A DNA stretch of 64,000 bases, taken from contig CAWELT010000013.1 in assembly GCA_963809975.1 (NCBI GenBank), positions 56,140-120,139 of the forward strand. The letters run 5' to 3'. Made by a program: the position numbers and the translations under genes. Source of the stretch: an uncultured Actinomycetes bacterium (GTDB lineage Bacteria; Actinomycetota; Actinomycetes; Streptosporangiales; Streptosporangiaceae). The notes below the pieces were generated by a model that was given only the letters and a program-made list of their open reading frames with translations, searched no databases and was not told the origin of the DNA. Positions 58,957 to 64,000 of the stretch are shown here, piece after piece. Position 1 is the stretch's first letter; each line of letters starts with the position of its first letter.

Positions 58957-61741
58957 ATGGTTGCTTCGGGTACTGCCGTACACGACGAGGCGATGCCGGC
59001 TGGATATCCCCCGGCGTGGGAGTTTGACGGGCTGCTCAGGAACGGCGAGGCGGTCGTCGTCCGCCCGATCCGCCCGGCTGACGCGCCGGCGCTGGTCGGG
59101 CTGCACGGTGCCGTGTCGCCCGGCAGGCTGCACCAGCATGTGCTCCTGGCCCGGCCAGGCTCTCAGCCTGGAAGCGGCAGCGCGCTTCGCCGAGGTGGAC
59201 TACGGCAGCCGGATGGCCTTCGCCGCGCTGGTGTCGGGCGAGCTGGTCGGGCTGGCGAGCTATGACCGCCCCGGCACGGCCGCACTGGCTGCGGAGGCCA
59301 GCTTCATCGTCACCGCCGACTACCACGGCCATGGCGTGACGACTTTGCTGTTTGAGAGCCTGGCGGAGTACGCGCGGACGCAGGGGATCCTGAGTTTGAT
59401 CGCCGAGGTCAGGGCGCAGAACACGGCCTTGCTGGAGGTGTTCGCGGCGACGGGCCTGCGCTGCAGGCGGCGGGGCGGCGCGGCGGCGGTTCGGGTCGAG
59501 ATCGACCTGCGCCCGACAGCGGCGTACCGTGCGTCGTGTGATCAGCGGGAGGCGACGGCGGAGGCCGCCAGCGTCGCGGCGATCCTCCGGCCGCGCTCGA
59601 TCGCCGTCGTCGGGGCAGGACGCCACCCGGGGAACGTGGGGCATCAGGTTGTCCGGTCCCTGCTCGTCGGCGACTTCTCGGGGACGGTCTACCCGGTCAA
59701 TCCCGCGGCGCGGGCGGTCTGCGGTGTGCCTGCGTTCCCGGCGCTGTTGTCGATTCCCGAGCCGATCGACCTGGCCGTTGTCGCCGTTCCGGCGTCAGCT
59801 GTCCCTGGCGTGATCGACGAGGCCGCCTCCATCGGCGTGCGCGCCGTGACCATTATCACCGCGGGCTTCGGCGAGACGGGCCGCTCGGGCGCTGCGGTCG
59901 AGACCCGGCTGCTGGACGTGGCCCGCACGCACGGGATGCGGATCGTCGGCCCGAACTGCCTGGGGGTCGCGAACACCGATCCCGGCGTGCGGATGACCGC
60001 GACGTTTGGCTCGCTCGATCCGCTGCCCGGGCGGCTGGCTCTCGTCTCGCAGTCCGGTGCGGTCGGGGTCCTGCTCGCTGAGCAGACCCGCGCCGCCGGC
60101 CTTGGCCTGTCGGGCTTCGTGTCGGTGGGGAACAAGCTGGACGTGAGCCCGAACGACCTGCTGTGCTTCTTTGAGCAGGACGACCAGACCGCGGTGATCG
60201 CGCTGTACCTGGAGTCGCTGGGCAACCCGCGCAAGTTCGCCCGCATCGCCCGGCGGGTCGGCGCGGCCAAGCCCATCGTGGCCCTGAAGGCGGGCAGAAC
60301 ATCGGCGGGGGCCAGGGGCGCCCGTTCGCACACCGCGGCCGCGGCGACCCCGGAAGTCACCGTCGCCGCGCTGCTGCAAAGCGCGGGCGTCATCAAGGTC
60401 GACCGTCTGGAGGAACTCCTCGACGTCTCGGCCATCTTGCTCGCCGCGCCGCTGCCCGCGGGGCGCCGCGTCGCGCTCGTCGGGAACTCCGGTGGCCCGC
60501 TCATCCTCACCGCCGACGCGTGTGAAGGCGGTGAGCTGACCGTGCCGGAGCTTGGGGCGGCGACCCAGCACGCGCTCGGTGAGGTCCTCACCCCCGCGGC
60601 GGCGACCGCCAACCCGGTCGACCTCACCGCGGACGGGACCGCGGAGATGCTCGAGCAAGCGCTGGAGATCGTCCTCGCCGATGATGAGATCGACGCCGTG
60701 ATCACCGTCGTCGTCGAGACCATGGCGATCTCGGCGGCGGCGGTGCAGCAGACCGTCACGCGAGCCGCGCGACGCGCCGGCAAGCCGGTCGTCGCCTGCG
60801 CCGTGGAGGCAGCCGCCCCCCGCATGCCAGCCCGGGCGGCGGAAGTCGCGGAGCTTGCCTCACCGGAGCGTGCGGCGGCGGCCCTGGGGCATGTCTGCCG
60901 CTACGCGCAGTGGCGCCGGCGCACGCTGCTGCCCGCGGAGGAGCCCGAAGAGCTGTCCGATCATCCGGTGATCAGCGAGATCGTGGCCTCCGCGCTCGCC
61001 AGCCGCCCCGGCGGGGGCTGGCTCCGGCTTGACGAGGGGGCCCGGCTGCTGGCGGCGTGCGGCCTGCCCGTCCTGCCGACTCGCGGCGCGGCGACCGCCG
61101 CCGAGGCGGCCGCGGCGGCCGAGGCCGTCGGGTTCCCGGTCGTCTTGAAGGCCCGTTCCGGCGAGGTCGTCCACAAGACCGACGTGGGCGGCGTCGCGCT
61201 GAACCTGGGCGACGCCGATGCGGTACGCGCCGCGTACGAGACGATGGAATCGCGGCTCGGGGCGCAGATGGGCGGTGCGGTCATCCAGCCGATGGCACCG
61301 TGGGGTGTCGAGGCGATCGTCGGGCTCGCATCCGATCCCGACTTCGGCCCGGTCGTGATGGCCGGCCTCGGCGGGGTGATGACGGACCTGCTGCAGGACC
61401 GTGCCTTTGCCGTCCCGCCGCTCGAACCCGGCGCAGCCGACGCCATGGTGGCGTCGCTTCGCGCCGCGCCGCTGCTTGACGGCTACCGGGGCGCGCCGAA
61501 AGTGGACCGCCGGGCGCTTGTGACGGTGCTCGAGCAGGTCGCGCGCGTGGCCGGGGAAGTTCCCGAACTAGCCGAGCTCGACCTCAACCCGATCCTGGTC
61601 AGTCCGGACGGGGCACTCGCCGTCGATTGCAAGGCGCGGCTGGCCCCGCGCCAGCCCGGTCCCGGCCCGCTGTTTCCCGCGCTGCGCCGACGGCCGCAGA
61701 TTCCCAGCGGCGAGACACGATCAGGGCCACCTGCGAGCTGA
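58957..61741 (+). pseudogene. Pat-like protein acetyltransferase: N-terminal GNAT fused to an NDP-forming acyl-CoA synthetase-like domain; frameshift near 59135-59155
   Basis: GGAGGAG-N6-ATG 58957: MVASGTAVHDE...GEAVVVRPIRPADAPALVGLHGAVSP (ORF 58849 frame). It continues in ORF 58961..61741: GLASYDR..., HGHGVTTLLFESLAEYAR, CoA-binding SIAVVGAGRHPGNVGHQV, GPNCLGV, and the ATP-grasp part GFPVVLKARSGEVVHKTDVGGV. Confidence 0.85.
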
Positions 61742-61849
61742 AGCCAGTGATGGCCCACCTGCCGCCGCTCGTCAGCAGCCACCGTGGCGTCCCACGGGAC
61801 CTACAGCTTCGCCCGGCCTAACCTCGCCGCCGGTGCCATGGTTCGTCGA

Positions 61850-63071
61850 TCATGTGCTGGCGCAGCCGGGCTGGCTCGGAACGGAGGGTGCTGTCTCGGC
61901 CAGCCGGTCTTGAAGGAAGCGATGTTCGGGCCCGGTCTGCGCGAGGTCGAGCGCGCGGCGGTACGCGTCGTGGGCCTCACCGGGCCGGCCGGCGCGACGC
62001 AGGAGGCTGGCCCGCGTGGAGTGGAAGTACCGGTAATGGCCGAGATCGAGGCGGTCGAGGATGACCAGGCCGGCTTCGGGCCCGTCGATCTCGGCCACGG
62101 CGATGGCCCGGTTCATCTCGGCGATCGGGGAGCCGGTCTGCCGGGCGAGCGTTTCGTACAGGGCGGCGATCTGGCGCCAGTCGCGGGGCTGGTACAGGTG
62201 CAGGTCCGCGATGGCCGCCTGGACCAGGTAGGGCCCGGTGCGCCCTCGTGTCATGGCCCGCTGCAGCAGCGCCCGGCCCTCGTCGATCTGCCGCGTGTCC
62301 CACAGGGTGCGGTCCTGGTCGTCGAGGGGGACGACCTGCCCGTCGCGCAGGCGGGCCGCTTTGCGGGCGTCGTGCAGCAGCATCAGCGCCAGCAGCGCGA
62401 GTACTTCCGGCTCGTCCGGCATGAGGTCGGCCAGTGCCCGGCCGAGGTGAATCGCTTCCGCGGCGAGGTCGGCGTCGGCCGCCACCCCAGCCCTGGTTGA
62501 AGATCAGGTAGACCACGGCGAGGACGGCCGCCAGCCGGTCGGGTAGCTGGTGATCGGGCGGCACGGCGAACGGGATGCCCGCGTCGCGGATCTTGTGCTT
62601 GGCCCTGGTCAGTCGCTTGCTCATGGTCTGGAACGGGACGAGGAACGCCAGCGCGATCTCGTCGGTGGACAGGCCCCCGACGGTGCGCAGGGTGAGCGCC
62701 ACCCGCGCCTCGAGGGCGAGCGCCGGGTGACAGCAGGTGAAGATCAGCTCCAGCCGCTCGTCCGGGATGGTAGCGGCGTCGTTCATGAGGGCCTCCGGTG
62801 GCTGCGGCCCGGCCCCGAGGCCGCGGGCGAGCAGCGTCGTCTTCGCGGCCAGGACCTGCTGGCGGCGCAGCTGGTCGATGGCGCGGTTACGCGCGGTCGT
62901 GACCAGCCAGCCGGTGGGGTTGGCCGGTTCCCCGTCGTGTGGCCAGCGTTCGGCGGCGATGGCGAACGCCTCGGCGGCCGCGTCTTCGGCCAGCTCGATG
63001 TCGCCCAGGATGCCGGCCAGTGTTGCCAGCACGCGGCCCCACTGGCCGCGGAAGACGGCATCAAGCACCAC
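61850..63071 (-). pseudogene. ECF-type RNA polymerase sigma factor with long C-terminal TPR-like extension, frameshift near 62484-62492
   Basis: Region 2 ([16 protein letters not shown]) and region 4 ([34 protein letters not shown]) up to [10 protein letters not shown] are in ORF 61977..63113. The extension [17 protein letters not shown]...[11 protein letters not shown]...[17 protein letters not shown] is in ORF 61850..62485. Confidence 0.8.
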
Positions 63072-63405
63072 GGAAGCGCCCGTCGAGGAGGGGCCGCACC
63101 TCGATCGCGACACCGGGCCTGGTCTCCTGGAGCAGTTCCCCGGCGATGGCGAGTGCCCCGTCGAGATTGTCGGCCTCGATCAGGAACAGGCCGGCCAGGT
63201 ACTCCTTGCTGTCGATGAACGGTCCGTCGGTCAGCAGCACCCGCCCGTCGTCGTTGCGCAGCGTCGTCGCCGACTGGTCAGCGTGCAGGCGGGCCCAGCC
63301 GGTGACGTCCGGCCGGTCGAGCAGGGCGGCAAGGTTACCCGGGATCGGGCGGGTGGCCCGGTCCGTGCCCGCGGGCGGGGCGTAGGCCAGCAACGCGTAC
63401 TGCAT
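63061..63405 (-). CDS. YCII-related (DGPF-type) domain protein
   Basis: GGAGGA-N5-ATG 63405: [11 protein letters not shown]...[32 protein letters not shown]. It overlaps the sigma-factor start, the usual YCII/ECF-sigma pairing. Confidence 0.8.
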   Translation of the reverse strand: MQYALLAYAPPAGTDRATRPIPGNLAALLDRPDVTGWARLHADQSATTLRNDDGRVLLTDGPFIDSKEYLAGLFLIEADNLDGALAIAGELLQETRPGVAIEVRPLLDGRFRGA

Positions 63406-63579
63406 GAGTCCTCCAGTCACGGGCCGATGCCGGTTTCAAGTATCAGACGAACAGCGCCGCCGTAGACAGACAGCAATCACCGGGGAGATTTCCCGCGCCG
63501 GTGGTGTCCGTCCGGCGCCTGGCCGTTCGTCACTGCTGTAGATCCGCCCGGGAGGAGGCGGCACAACCGAGGAGAATCG

Positions 63580-64000
63580 ATGACCACCGAACCCACGCCC
63601 AGCCCGAACGCGGCGCGGCTCGAGCGCACGTACGACGCTCCGGCGGAGCTTATCTGGGAGCTGTGGACCACCGCCGCCGGCCTGGGGGAGTGGTTTGCCC
63701 CCGACGGCTTCGAAAGCCGGGTGAGCGAGCTCGAGCTCAGGCCCGGCGGTCAGCTGCGGTACACCATGACCGCGACCGCGCCGGAACAGGTGGCGTTCAT
63801 GCGCAATACCGGCAATCCGCTCTCGGCCGAGGTGCGCAAGACGTTCGCCGAGGTTGCACCGCCGACTCGCCTCGCCTACCTGTCACTGATCGACTTCGTG
63901 CCCGGCCACGAGCCGTATGAGCACCTGACGACCATCGACATCGAGCCCGCCGGTGACCGCACGAACGTGGTCATGACGGTCGATCCCCTCCACGACGAAA
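63580..64000 (+). CDS. SRPBCC (AHSA1-like) domain protein, 3' end cut by the window edge
   Basis: My translation from GGAGA-N5-ATG 63580 (not in the track): MTTEPTPSPNAARLERTYDAPAELIWELWTTAAGLGEWFAPDGFESRVSELELRPGGQLRYTM...TNVVMTVDPLHDE. It is open to position 64000. Confidence 0.75.
   Translation, partial: MTTEPTPSPNAARLERTYDAPAELIWELWTTAAGLGEWFAPDGFESRVSELELRPGGQLRYTMTATAPEQVAFMRNTGNPLSAEVRKTFAEVAPPTRLAYLSLIDFVPGHEPYEHLTTIDIEPAGDRTNVVMTVDPLHDE

Overview
High-GC actinobacterial chromosome segment, judged from lineage-typical genes: rbpA, PAC2, lgt, ppm1, DUF3817 and an ECF-sigma/YCII pair. No homology search was possible. All calls rest on reading the supplied ORF translations plus my own translation of frames and edge-cut ORFs that are missing from the track. 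I can support about 55 protein-coding loci. I found no rRNA, tRNA, CRISPR array or intact transposase/integrase. Gene order, left to right: (1) CHASE3 histidine kinase (edge-cut), half-size ArsB-like permease, 5'-3' exonuclease, M24 peptidase, PAC2. (2) An 820-bp lower-GC spacer, then a PAS histidine kinase whose frame runs into about 715 bp of Gly-X-Y (collagen-like) triplet repeats. (3) MsiK-like ABC ATPase, Lrp, a TetR/MFS pair, and a 4.7-kb GH38 alpha-mannosidase. (4) MarR and LacI regulators sharing one frame, then GNAT, O-methyltransferase, DUF2079 and lgt. (5) A decayed lower-GC patch with AbiEi/AbiEii toxin-antitoxin remnants and a broken SDR. (6) A lysine-fermentation-type cluster, kamA divergent from kdd-kamD-kamE-kal. 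(7) ppm1, rbpA, a glycerophosphodiesterase, two methyltransferases and small membrane proteins. (8) An adenylate-kinase/PRPP-synthetase paralogue pair, oligopeptidase B, a P450 stub and an SDR. (9) A cphB-cphA-ABC exporter operon riddled with frameshifts, followed by gene debris. (10) A Vps62-like membrane protein, DedA, SRPBCC stub, DUF2182, DUF899 stub, CPA2 antiporter, a Pat-like GNAT/NDP-forming acyl-CoA synthetase, ECF sigma + YCII, and SRPBCC (edge-cut). About 20 loci are frame-disrupted as the sequence stands, and the disruptions are strongly clustered. I did not find a clear-cut new multi-gene system. The observations most worth a second look are the kinase/collagen-like repeat locus, the clustered decay of the cyanophycin operon, the kce-less lysine cluster with its AT-rich control region, and several local rearrangement scars.
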